Source: a bacterium (GTDB taxonomy: Bacteria; Patescibacteriota; Minisyncoccia; 2-01-FULL-47-10; JBBIMT01). From it: a DNA stretch of 36,458 nucleotides. The notes under the pieces were generated by a model. That model was given only the letters and a program-made list of their open reading frames with translations. It made no database searches and was not told the origin of the DNA. Below, one piece after another: positions 1-7,977 of this stretch. The stretch is taken from contig JBBIOV010000005.1 of the NCBI GenBank assembly GCA_037443185.1, positions 1 to 36,458 on the forward strand, read 5' to 3'. The position numbers and the translations under genes are program-made. Numbering within the stretch: position 1 is the first letter of the stretch; each line of letters opens with the position of its first letter.

Positions 1-110
1 TCTACTATTTCTGGTTTTTGAGTATTATTTTGAACAAAAAAGGAAAAGGCTAAGACGCCGAGCATCAACAGCAAAAGAAAATTAACATAATTTTTAGCCA
101 TTTGTCTCAT
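1..110 (-). CDS. 5' part of a membrane-anchored or secreted hypothetical protein (runs off the window edge)
   Basis: ATG at 110; manual translation MRQMAKNYVNFLLLLMLGVLAFSFFVQNNTQKPEIV..., open to position 1; hydrophobic N-terminus; lies directly downstream of rpsA. Confidence 0.7.
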   Translation of the reverse strand, partial: MRQMAKNYVNFLLLLMLGVLAFSFFVQNNTQKPEIV

Positions 111-136
111 GCTTTAAAAATTTCCTTGAAATAAAA

Positions 137-1438
137 TTACTTTTTACTTTTGTTGGTGACTTTAGTTTTGGTAGTTTTTTTTGGTAATTTTTTGGTCTTT
201 ATTTGTTGTGGTACAATTGATAAGTCAGATTTCAGCAAGACCTGCGTTTCTGTTGGTTGAGTAGAAGAACTTTGAGGAACCGGAGGTTTTGGTGGTTCAG
301 TTTTTGATTTTTCTGCTGATTTGACAGTAGTAGAAGGTACTGTTTTTTCAGTGTTTGAAGGAGTTGTTTCATTATTGAGGATTAATTTTAAACTCATTCG
401 ATGTGATTCGGGCTTCAATGAAGTGATTTTAAAAAAATATTCCTCCCCAATTTTTAACATTTTTTCCATTTTTTCTTGCGAACCAAATTGCGAGATATGA
501 GCTAGTCCATGAATATCTTTATCTAAATACACAAAAGCGCCAAAAGGATTAAGCTTTGTCACGACCCCTTTATAATTTTCACCAATTTTATACTTTTCAG
601 TGGCTTTTAACCATGGATTTTCCTGTAACGCTTTAATAGATAGAGAAACTTGGGTGCCTGATATATCAATAATTTTAGCTTTTACTTTATCTCCAACTTT
701 TACAATATCCTTTGGTTGCTCAATTAGTTTCCATCCTAACTCGGAAATATGCACAAGTCCTTCTAAACCTTCTCCAAATTTAACAAAAGCGCCAAACGAA
801 ACTACCCCAGTAATTTCTCCTTCTACAATATCGCCCACCTTGTAATGAGATAAAATGTTTTTTAACTCTTCTTCTTGAGCAGCTTTTTCTGATAAGATAA
901 GTTTTTGTTGGGTTTCATCTATATCGATGATGCGTACATTTAATGTTTCTCCAACAAGTTTCTGTAATTTTCGCATTATTTTATCTTCTTGTCCATCTTC
1001 AACGCGAGGATAGTGTTCAATGGAAAGTTGAGAAGCCGGCAAAAATCCCTTTATTCCTTCGGCTTCTAACATTAATCCGCCTTTGTTAGCAGCAATTACA
1101 AGTGCAGGGATTTCTTCTTTATTTTTAAATTTTTCCTTCAAAGCTTCCCAGGCTTTTTGATTTTTAATTTCTTTTAAAGAAAGCTCAATAAAGCCATCTT
1201 CGTTTTCTAAAGCGATGACTTTTGCTTTAATTATATCGTTTACTTTAATTTTTTTTACATCTTGGGCTAGGTTCTTCATTTCGCCTTTATAGATGACACC
1301 TGTGCCCCATGGACTGAGATCTAAATAAATTACACTCTGGCCTTTTTCAATTACTTTGCCTTTAATTTCTTGCCCTTCGTGCAAAGGCGAAATGATTGCA
1401 ACCTCTCCAGATTTAAGAGTAGCTTGTTTTTTAGGCAT
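137..1438 (-). CDS. rpsA: 30S ribosomal protein S1 (four S1 repeats plus a low-complexity C-terminal tail)
   Basis: S1 repeats ANKGGL..GFLPASQL, FGAFV..EGLVHISEL, FGAFV..GLAHIS; SD GAGGTGA at 1448-1454. Confidence 0.92.
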   Translation of the reverse strand: MPKKQATLKSGEVAIISPLHEGQEIKGKVIEKGQSVIYLDLSPWGTGVIYKGEMKNLAQDVKKIKVNDIIKAKVIALENEDGFIELSLKEIKNQKAWEALKEKFKNKEEIPALVIAANKGGLMLEAEGIKGFLPASQLSIEHYPRVEDGQEDKIMRKLQKLVGETLNVRIIDIDETQQKLILSEKAAQEEELKNILSHYKVGDIVEGEITGVVSFGAFVKFGEGLEGLVHISELGWKLIEQPKDIVKVGDKVKAKIIDISGTQVSLSIKALQENPWLKATEKYKIGENYKGVVTKLNPFGAFVYLDKDIHGLAHISQFGSQEKMEKMLKIGEEYFFKITSLKPESHRMSLKLILNNETTPSNTEKTVPSTTVKSAEKSKTEPPKPPVPQSSSTQPTETQVLLKSDLSIVPQQIKTKKLPKKTTKTKVTNKSKK

Positions 1439-1475
1439 TAATCTTATTCACCTCTTTCTTTTTTTGTTTTTCGTC

Positions 1476-1504
1476 ATTTTAAACTACTTTTTTCCAAAAG
1501 TCAA
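1476..1504 (-). promoter_or_regulatory. sigma70-type promoter of rpsA
   Basis: TTGACT (1504-1499) - 17 nt - TAAAAT (1481-1476) on the minus strand. Confidence 0.7.
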
Positions 1505-2101
1505 ATAAATCTATAAATTCATTGACATTTTTCTCAAGATTTAAACTACTTTGTTAGAAGGTAAGATTAGTGTTCATTTAAAAATAATAAAGTTAATAAA
1601 TATCTATTTGTATTTTTTAAAGTTCTACAAGCTTAAAAAGAGATTATCTTGGCAGTAGTAGCTGTTGTTGTATGCGGTTATAAAATGATGTGGATTTAAA
1701 AATTAATGTAATCTAGTGGCGTTTAACATATTTTTTTATTTAAATGATTCTGCATAAGTAAAAAACATCCTGAAGGTTAGGAGCTGACTTTTATTGCGTT
1801 GGCGAACTGGAGGAAAATAATTTAGTTTAAAAAGGGAGATTTAAAGAGTTTTTTCTTTGATTTCTCATTGGCGTAAAATCTTAACCAAAGTCGCCAAGTT
1901 AAATATAAAAAAATCTCAAAGTTTAATAAAGGCAAGTTTTTTTAAAGAGAATTTTAGGGATGATTTTAGCTGACTTTACCTAATCTAACCAACCAATAAA
2001 AAAATAAAAAAGCAATATCGTTTTTTCAAAAATTTGTATTTTTTAAAATTTTAGACTGACTTTTTTTAAATTTATTTTTAGCTCTTAAAAATGAGTGAAT
2101 A

Positions 2102-2124
2102 ATTTGACATATATGTCTTATAAT
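2102..2124. promoter_or_regulatory. dif-like/palindromic site overlapping a TATAAT -10 upstream of the Xer gene
   Basis: Perfect palindrome GACATATATGTC 2106-2117; ATTTGACATAT matches the reverse-complemented XerD arm ATTTAACATAA at 9/11; TATAAT 2119-2124. Confidence 0.4.
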
Positions 2125-2138
2125 ATTAAGATTAAGGT

Positions 2139-3098
2139 ATGGGAGAGACTTCAAATAACATTAAAAAGCTTTTATTTGATTATTTGACATATTTAGAAAT
2201 TGAAAAAAATAGGGCGATTTTGACAATTAAAAATTACGAAAGATACATTAAAAAATTTTTTAACTGGTCGAAGGTTTCAGACATTACTGAAATCACTGAA
2301 GATTTAATTTTAAAATATCGTTTATGGTTAAACAGGCAGGTTGATCAAAAGGGTGAGCCACTTAAAAAGATTACTCAAAATTATCACATTATCGCCTTAA
2401 GAGGATTTTTGTCTTTTTTGACAAAAAGAGGTTATAACGTTTTATCGCCCGACAAAATAGAACTTAGCAAACAAGAGAAAAGGCAAGTTTCTTTTTTAGA
2501 TCTTGATGAAATTAAAAGGTTGTTAGACGCGCCAAAAGGTAATAGTTTAAGAAATCTGCGTGATAAAGCAATTTTGGAAACTTTATTCAGTACTGGACTG
2601 CGCGTTTCTGAACTTGTCAATTTAAATCGAGAGCAAATTAATTTGGAGAAAGGAGAGTTTACAGTAAAAGGAAAAGGAGGAAAGTTAAGAATTGTTTTTT
2701 TGTCTGATTCAGCTAAAATGGCAATTAAGAATTATTTAGATAAAAGAGTTGATATAAGTGAAGCCTTATTTATAAGAGTACCTCAAAAATTATCATCAGA
2801 TAAGTCAGATTTGCGAATTACTGTTAGATCCATCCAGAGAATTATAAAAAAATACGCTGCCAAAGCAGGAATAGTTGGCAAAGATGTTTCCCCACATACT
2901 TTGCGTCATTCTTTTGCGACTGAAATGTTAGCTTCTGGAGCTGATATTAGATCAGTACAAGAGCTGCTCGGTCATTCAAGTATTACCACAACGCAAGTTT
3001 ATACTCATATTACCGATCCAAGACTAAAAGAAATTTATCAAAAATATCATGGCAAAAGTCTACAAAGAAGAGACCAAAACAAAAACCAAAAATCATAA
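2139..3098 (+). CDS. XerC/XerD-family tyrosine recombinase
   Basis: Catalytic set present: GLRVSE (R), KGKGGK (K), PHTLRHSFAT (HxxR), LLGH, TQVYTH (Y); SAM-like N-terminal domain. Confidence 0.93.
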   Translation: MGETSNNIKKLLFDYLTYLEIEKNRAILTIKNYERYIKKFFNWSKVSDITEITEDLILKYRLWLNRQVDQKGEPLKKITQNYHIIALRGFLSFLTKRGYNVLSPDKIELSKQEKRQVSFLDLDEIKRLLDAPKGNSLRNLRDKAILETLFSTGLRVSELVNLNREQINLEKGEFTVKGKGGKLRIVFLSDSAKMAIKNYLDKRVDISEALFIRVPQKLSSDKSDLRITVRSIQRIIKKYAAKAGIVGKDVSPHTLRHSFATEMLASGADIRSVQELLGHSSITTTQVYTHITDPRLKEIYQKYHGKSLQRRDQNKNQKS

Positions 3099-3317
3099 AA
3101 TGATAATAAAAATCAGTTATAAAACATTTAAAGTTTGTGAGAATTCAAGGTTTATGGGTTAAATTTTTAGCAAATTAAATCTAAAATATTAAGTCTAAGT
3201 CTTTGGTTGTTAATATGCAGTATATGATATTTGAATTTCTGTTTTTTTATGTGAAGTAAATCGAGTGAGAAAGTGTCATTTATAATTCTTTTCTTTAATT
3301 TTTTGGCGCAAAAATGC

Positions 3318-3390
3318 GCCTCTGTGGTGAAATTGGACATCACGCGACGCTTCGGACGTCGTATTCCAGGTTCAAGTCCTGGCAGAGGCA
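3318..3390 (+). tRNA. tRNA-Arg, anticodon UCG, CCA not encoded
   Basis: Acceptor GCCTCTG/CAGAGGC; D-stem GTGA/TCAC with A20; anticodon arm CGACG-CTTCGGA-CGTCG; T arm CCAGG-TTCAAGT-CCTGG; discriminator A. Confidence 0.96.
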
Positions 3391-3422
3391 CAGATTTTAT
3401 TTTTTTAATTTTTTAAGTTAAA

Positions 3423-3451
3423 TTGCTTTTTAAAGAAAAATATCCTATCAT
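3423..3451 (+). promoter_or_regulatory. sigma70-type promoter for tRNA-Lys
   Basis: TTGCTT (3423-3428) - 17 nt - TATCAT (3446-3451). Confidence 0.55.
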
Positions 3452-3492
3452 TTAAAGAAATCTTTAATTATTATTTTAATTATATTTGAAAT

Positions 3493-3565
3493 GCGCCCGT
3501 AGCTCAATTGGTAGAGCAGGAAGCTCTTAACTTCAAGGTTGCAGGTTCGACTCCTGCCGGGCGCA
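3493..3565 (+). tRNA. tRNA-Lys, anticodon CUU, CCA not encoded
   Basis: Acceptor GCGCCCG/CGGGCGC; D arm GCTC-AATTGGTA-GAGC; anticodon loop CTCTTAA (top stem pair G:A mismatched); T arm GCAGG-TTCGACT-CCTGC. Confidence 0.96.
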
Positions 3566-3751
3566 TCAGTGAAAATCGATTTTTTGGCTCATTTTATGAA
3601 ATTATTTTAAATATTTGATATATAAAAGAAGAATTTTACTGGAGTTAAAATATATTGATTTTTTAAAAAATTCATTTATGATAGTTCATTTATATTTAAT
3701 TAATAAAAACTTTGTAAGTCGTTTTTAAGGGCTTATATAGTTTTTTAAAAA

Positions 3752-4774
3752 ATGGCAAAGTCTTTTAAAAAAACAAAAGAAAATACATTGTCTGAAGGCA
3801 AAATTGGTTTAGCAATAAAAGAAATTTTAGATAAATATGGTGAAGGTTCTATTATGAAGTTAGGGGAGGCGCGCCATGTGGATGTCGATGTTATACCTAC
3901 TGGCTCAATATCTCTTGATTTAGCTTTGGGAGTTGGGGGCATTCCTAAAGGGAGAATAATAGAAATTTATGGAGGCGAATCTTCGGGCAAAACGACAATG
4001 GCGCTTCATTTAGTGGCTAATGTTCAAAAAAAGGGTCATATCGCTGCTTATATTGATGCCGAACATGCACTTGATCCTGAATACGCCAAGAAAATTGGCG
4101 TCAACACAGAAGATTTATTAATTTCCCAACCAGATTCTGGCGAAGAGGCGCTCGATATTGCAGAGACTTTAGTAAAGTCAGGGGCTGTTGATTTGATTGT
4201 TGTTGATTCAGTTGCGGCTTTAACTCCGCAAGCAGAACTTGAAGCACGGATGGATGAGCAACAGATGGGACTACAGGCGCGTCTTATGTCTAAAGCCTTA
4301 AGAAAATTAACTGCTTTAGCATTTCAAAATGGTACGACTATTATTTTCATCAATCAAACCAGAATGAAAATTGGAGTAATGTTTGGCAATCCGACTACAA
4401 CACCTGGAGGAATGGCATTAAAATTTTTTGCTTCGGTAAGAATTAGTTTAGATCGCATTGCTAAAATTCAAAAAGGCGACAAAATTATTGGTAATCGTGT
4501 TAAAGCAAAAATCGTAAAAAACAAAGTAGCGCCACCTTTTAAGGAAGCGGAGTTTGACATTTTATTTAATCAAGGTATTAATAAAGAAGGAGATGTGATT
4601 AAGCTTGGTGAAAAGGTGGGGGTTATAACGCGGTCAGGCAATACCTATAAGTTTGAAGAAAAAGTTTTGGGGACCTCTTTTGATGCCGCGTGTAAGTATT
4701 TGATTCAAGATAATAAACTATTAAATGAAATCACTGAAAAAATAAAAAAAACAGCTTTTCAAGCAGAAAAATAA
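3752..4774 (+). CDS. recA: recombinase RecA
   Basis: GSIMKLG, Walker A GGESSGKTT, DAEHALDP, IVVDSVAAL, ALKFFASVR, KNKVAPPF. Confidence 0.98.
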   Translation: MAKSFKKTKENTLSEGKIGLAIKEILDKYGEGSIMKLGEARHVDVDVIPTGSISLDLALGVGGIPKGRIIEIYGGESSGKTTMALHLVANVQKKGHIAAYIDAEHALDPEYAKKIGVNTEDLLISQPDSGEEALDIAETLVKSGAVDLIVVDSVAALTPQAELEARMDEQQMGLQARLMSKALRKLTALAFQNGTTIIFINQTRMKIGVMFGNPTTTPGGMALKFFASVRISLDRIAKIQKGDKIIGNRVKAKIVKNKVAPPFKEAEFDILFNQGINKEGDVIKLGEKVGVITRSGNTYKFEEKVLGTSFDAACKYLIQDNKLLNEITEKIKKTAFQAEK

Positions 4775-4797
4775 TTTAAACAAATTACTTTAGTATG

Positions 4798-4827
4798 ATA
4801 ATCCTCCTGTTTAAAAAAGAGGATTAT
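4798..4827. terminator. inverted repeat between convergent recA and rpsR, probable bidirectional terminator
   Basis: ATAATCCTC (4798-4806) pairs with GAGGATTAT (4819-4827), overlapping the rpsR stop codon. Confidence 0.6.
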
Positions 4828-5042
4828 TTATGAGCCACTCTAGTTGTAAACAAGATTAGACCGAAGTTGCGGGCTCTTTTTATGGCTCTGGCTATAGCTC
4901 GTTGATGTTTGGCGCAGGTACCAGTTCTTTTTCTTGGAGCAATTTTTGCTTGAGGCGTAAGAAATTTTTTTAGTAAAGCGACATCTTTCCAGTCAATTTC
5001 CTTGATAGGTTGCATTTTACAGATTAAACATTCTTTTGGCAT
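4824..5042 (-). CDS. rpsR: 30S ribosomal protein S18 (Zn-binding C+ form)
   Basis: CLIC..IDWKD..LLKKF..KI.PR.RTGTCAKHQR.IARAIKRAR; follows ssb. Confidence 0.95.
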   Translation of the reverse strand: MPKECLICKMQPIKEIDWKDVALLKKFLTPQAKIAPRKRTGTCAKHQRAIARAIKRARNFGLILFTTRVAHK

Positions 5043-5119
5043 ATTGGATAAATAAATTTACTTCTTCTAAATATATTTTTTTAAAAAAAATGTTTTCGTT
5101 TGTTAAAAAAATTATCAAA

Positions 5120-5599
5120 TTAGAAAGGTAAATCTTCTTCAATATTTATTGTATTTGATTTTTTTGTTGATTGGTCTATTTCTTCATCAAAAGGATCTTC
5201 TTCTGGAATTATGGGAACCTCTTTTTCTGTTTCATTAGATTGATTCATTTCGGCCGAAGTTTCAGTTGTCCATTTTTTAGGAGGAAGCTGTAAGTTTTCA
5301 GCAATAATTTCGGTCCAATATTTCTTTGTCGCATTTTGATCTTGGTAACTTCTATGATTTAGTCTTCCTTCAATAAAAACTATATTACCTTTAGAAAGAT
5401 ATTTTGATGCAATGTCAGCAAGACGCGCAAAGGCGACAACATTATGAAATTGCGCTTCTTTTTTTAAATTTCCTTGCGCATCTTTAAAAATACGATTAGT
5501 CGCTACGCGAAAAGAGGCAACTGGCTGACCTGAAGGCAAAGTTCTAACTTCCACATCAGTCGCCAAATTACCAAGTAAAAAAACTTTATTAAAATTCAT
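5120..5599 (-). CDS. ssb: single-stranded DNA-binding protein
   Basis: MNFNKVFLLGNL, KGNIVFIEGRL, acidic C-terminus EDLPF; rpsF-ssb-rpsR synteny. Confidence 0.97.
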   Translation of the reverse strand: MNFNKVFLLGNLATDVEVRTLPSGQPVASFRVATNRIFKDAQGNLKKEAQFHNVVAFARLADIASKYLSKGNIVFIEGRLNHRSYQDQNATKKYWTEIIAENLQLPPKKWTTETSAEMNQSNETEKEVPIIPEEDPFDEEIDQSTKKSNTINIEEDLPF

Positions 5600-5661
5600 A
5601 AAATTGGTCGTTAGAATTGTTATTAACAGTGTAATTTGTAATTTTTTTCAATTTTGTTTCT

Positions 5662-6276
5662 TTATTCTATTTCTTTGTTCAAGATTTCGTCTATTTTTTT
5701 ATCAATATCATCTAATTTTAATTTGGCTTCAGTTGTATCTTTGGATGGTTGAGTAGTTTTTTTGTCTTTTTGTGGTATTGTTTTTGATAATTTTTTTTCT
5801 TTTTGGGTACTTTGAGATATTTTTTGGGGCTGTTCAATACCCAAAGAAGCGTCACTTGGGGTTGGAACAACATTAGTCATTAATTTGGCAGTTTGTTGTT
5901 CAAGTGATAATTCAGATTGGGTTTTTGGAACCTCCAACCTTTTAATAATAATATGCCTTAAGATAGAAGAGTCAATATTTAAATCAAAGGTAAGCTTTTT
6001 TAGATTGTTAGGATCTTTTAAGATAAAATAACAACTCCAAAGAAAACCTCTGCGGAATTTTGTAATTGGATAAGCAAGTATGATTTCTCGTAGAATATCT
6101 TCTTTTTTTATTTCTCCGTTTATCTGGGTAATATAAGAAGCCAAAGCGCGCGTTTTTTGCTCTGCCGCTTCATTGTTTAAATCAGGCCTGATAATAACGG
6201 ATAATTCATATATCATCTCTTTATTTAATAAAGAAGATGCTGTTTGGTTTATTTTGGGAGTGGAAACTTTCTTCAT
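5662..6276 (-). CDS. rpsF: 30S ribosomal protein S6 with a long C-terminal extension (ATG at 6276 preferred over the track's TTG at 6309; start uncertain)
   Basis: YELSVIIRPDL, LAYPITK, ILRHIIIK; position upstream of ssb. Confidence 0.88.
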   Translation of the reverse strand: MKKVSTPKINQTASSLLNKEMIYELSVIIRPDLNNEAAEQKTRALASYITQINGEIKKEDILREIILAYPITKFRRGFLWSCYFILKDPNNLKKLTFDLNIDSSILRHIIIKRLEVPKTQSELSLEQQTAKLMTNVVPTPSDASLGIEQPQKISQSTQKEKKLSKTIPQKDKKTTQPSKDTTEAKLKLDDIDKKIDEILNKEIE

Positions 6277-6312
6277 AAAGTTAAATGAGTATAACAAAGA
6301 AATTTTCAAAAA

Positions 6313-7326
6313 TCAACCCTCATCTTTTACTAAAAGTCCTATTTTCTTTTTTATCTCGATTATTTTTTTCATTGCTATTTCTTGAGCTTGAGCAGCACCT
6401 TTTATAAATATTTTTTTTAACTCCTTTTCATCAATGAGCAATTTTTCTTTTTTGATTTTGATTTTTTGGAAATAATCTATAATTAATTGAGCTAACTTCT
6501 CTTTGAATTTCATATAATTAGGCGCTTGCATAATTTTTACTGTTGTATTCATATCTGTATCTAAGATTCCAGAAGCTATTAGAAGAAGATTAGAGATGGC
6601 TGGTTTTTTGATAGGATCGAAAAAAATTTCTGTTCCTGAATCTGTGGTAGCTTTAATAATTTTTTCTTTAATAACATCTGGGCTTTCAAAAATACCAATG
6701 TAAGTTTTCTCTTGATCGCTTTTGGACATTTTTTTTGTTGGATCTTTTAAAGACATAATTTTAGCAGTATTTTTATTAATGAGCGGCTGAGGAATTTTGA
6801 AAGTATTGTCATATTTTTCGTTAAATTTTTTAGCCAAATCTCTAATTAATTCAATATGTTGAATTTGATCTTGCCCTACAGGAACAAAATCAGCATCATA
6901 AAGCAAAACATCAGCTGATTGCAGTATTGGATAAGTGAAAAGTCCAGCATTAACATCTTTGCCTTGTTTTTTGGCTTTTTCTTTAAATTGATGCATTTCT
7001 TTTAAAAAAGAAAGAGGAGTGAGAGTTGATAAAATCCATGTAAGCTCGGTATGGGCAGGAACAAAAGATTGAACAAACAAAACTGACTTTTCAGGATTAA
7101 GTCCAAGGGCTAAAAAAGTCGCCATTAATTCCAAAATCCAACTATTTAATTTCTTTCTATCTTGAGGTACTGTTAAAGAGTGAAAATCTGCGATAAAAAA
7201 GAAACATTTATAATCATTTTGTAATTTTAAAAAGTTTTTAAAAGCTCCCAAATAATTTCCTATATGGATTATACCACTTGGCTGAATTCCAGAAACAACT
7301 ACTTTATTGTTAAATTTATTATTCAT
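6313..7326 (-). CDS. trpS: tryptophanyl-tRNA synthetase
   Basis: SGIQPSG.IHIGNYLGA (HIGH), YPILQSAD, VPVGQDQIQHIE, KMSKS. Confidence 0.97.
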   Translation of the reverse strand: MNNKFNNKVVVSGIQPSGIIHIGNYLGAFKNFLKLQNDYKCFFFIADFHSLTVPQDRKKLNSWILELMATFLALGLNPEKSVLFVQSFVPAHTELTWILSTLTPLSFLKEMHQFKEKAKKQGKDVNAGLFTYPILQSADVLLYDADFVPVGQDQIQHIELIRDLAKKFNEKYDNTFKIPQPLINKNTAKIMSLKDPTKKMSKSDQEKTYIGIFESPDVIKEKIIKATTDSGTEIFFDPIKKPAISNLLLIASGILDTDMNTTVKIMQAPNYMKFKEKLAQLIIDYFQKIKIKKEKLLIDEKELKKIFIKGAAQAQEIAMKKIIEIKKKIGLLVKDEG

Positions 7327-7344
7327 AAATCCTGTTCCTAAATT

Positions 7345-7782
7345 TTAATTTTCCATAATGATAGATACTGGTCCGTCGTTGATTATTTTTACTTCCATTT
7401 TAGCGCCAAAGTAACCATGTGCAATATTTAACCCGGATAATTTTAATCTTTCAATAAACAGCTCATAAAGTTTTTTAGCCGTTTCAGGAGGAGCAACATT
7501 TTTAAAACTTGGACGATTTCCTTTCGAAGTATCTGCGTATAAAGTAAACTGTGATATAACTAATATTGCGCCTTTTATGTCCAGAACTGATAAATTTATT
7601 TTACCAGCTTTATCTTCAAAAATTCTTAATTTTAAAATTTTATCAGCTAAATTTATAGCGTTTTCTTCTGTGTCTTTAATGCCAACTCCAAGTAAAATAT
7701 TTAAACCCTGTTCAATTTGAGCAACAATTTTTCCGTTTATTTTAACGGATGATTGTTTAACTTTTTGAATAATTGCCTTCAT
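7345..7782 (-). CDS. dtd: D-aminoacyl-tRNA deacylase
   Basis: MKAIIQKV, LRIFED..GKINLS, SQFTL, GNRPSF, NDGPV (Gly-cisPro motif). Confidence 0.96.
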   Translation of the reverse strand: MKAIIQKVKQSSVKINGKIVAQIEQGLNILLGVGIKDTEENAINLADKILKLRIFEDKAGKINLSVLDIKGAILVISQFTLYADTSKGNRPSFKNVAPPETAKKLYELFIERLKLSGLNIAHGYFGAKMEVKIINDGPVSIIMEN

Positions 7783-7942
7783 TTCTAATTAACTTTTAAT
7801 CATTATTATAACTAATTTATTAAATAAAACAATCTTTTTATAGCTAAAGACTTCACCTTTTATAATAAATCAAAAAAATGATAAATTTAATAAAAATATC
7901 AAACAGAACAATTTTTTTAAAAAATTTAAAAACTTGCAAAAC

Positions 7943-7971
7943 TTGCGGAGTGTAGTTTTCATTGCTACAAT
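7943..7971 (+). promoter_or_regulatory. extended -10 promoter, predicted TSS at or near the ATG (leaderless)
   Basis: TTGCGG (7943-7948) - 17 nt - TG-C-TACAAT (-10 at 7966-7971); ATG at 7978. Confidence 0.55.
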
Positions 7972-7977
7972 CAAAAT

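Noticed and set aside
80-90. XerD-arm-like TTATGTTAATT on the minus strand
   Set aside because: Lies within a CDS and has no partner arm at dif spacing
3167-3391. 74-aa minus-strand ORF
   Set aside because: It is the antisense shadow of tRNA-Arg
2139-3565. Integrase next to tRNAs as a prophage or integrative element boundary
   Set aside because: The protein looks Xer-like, the flanks are core genes (rpsA, recA), and I saw no duplicated tRNA 3' end or cargo genes
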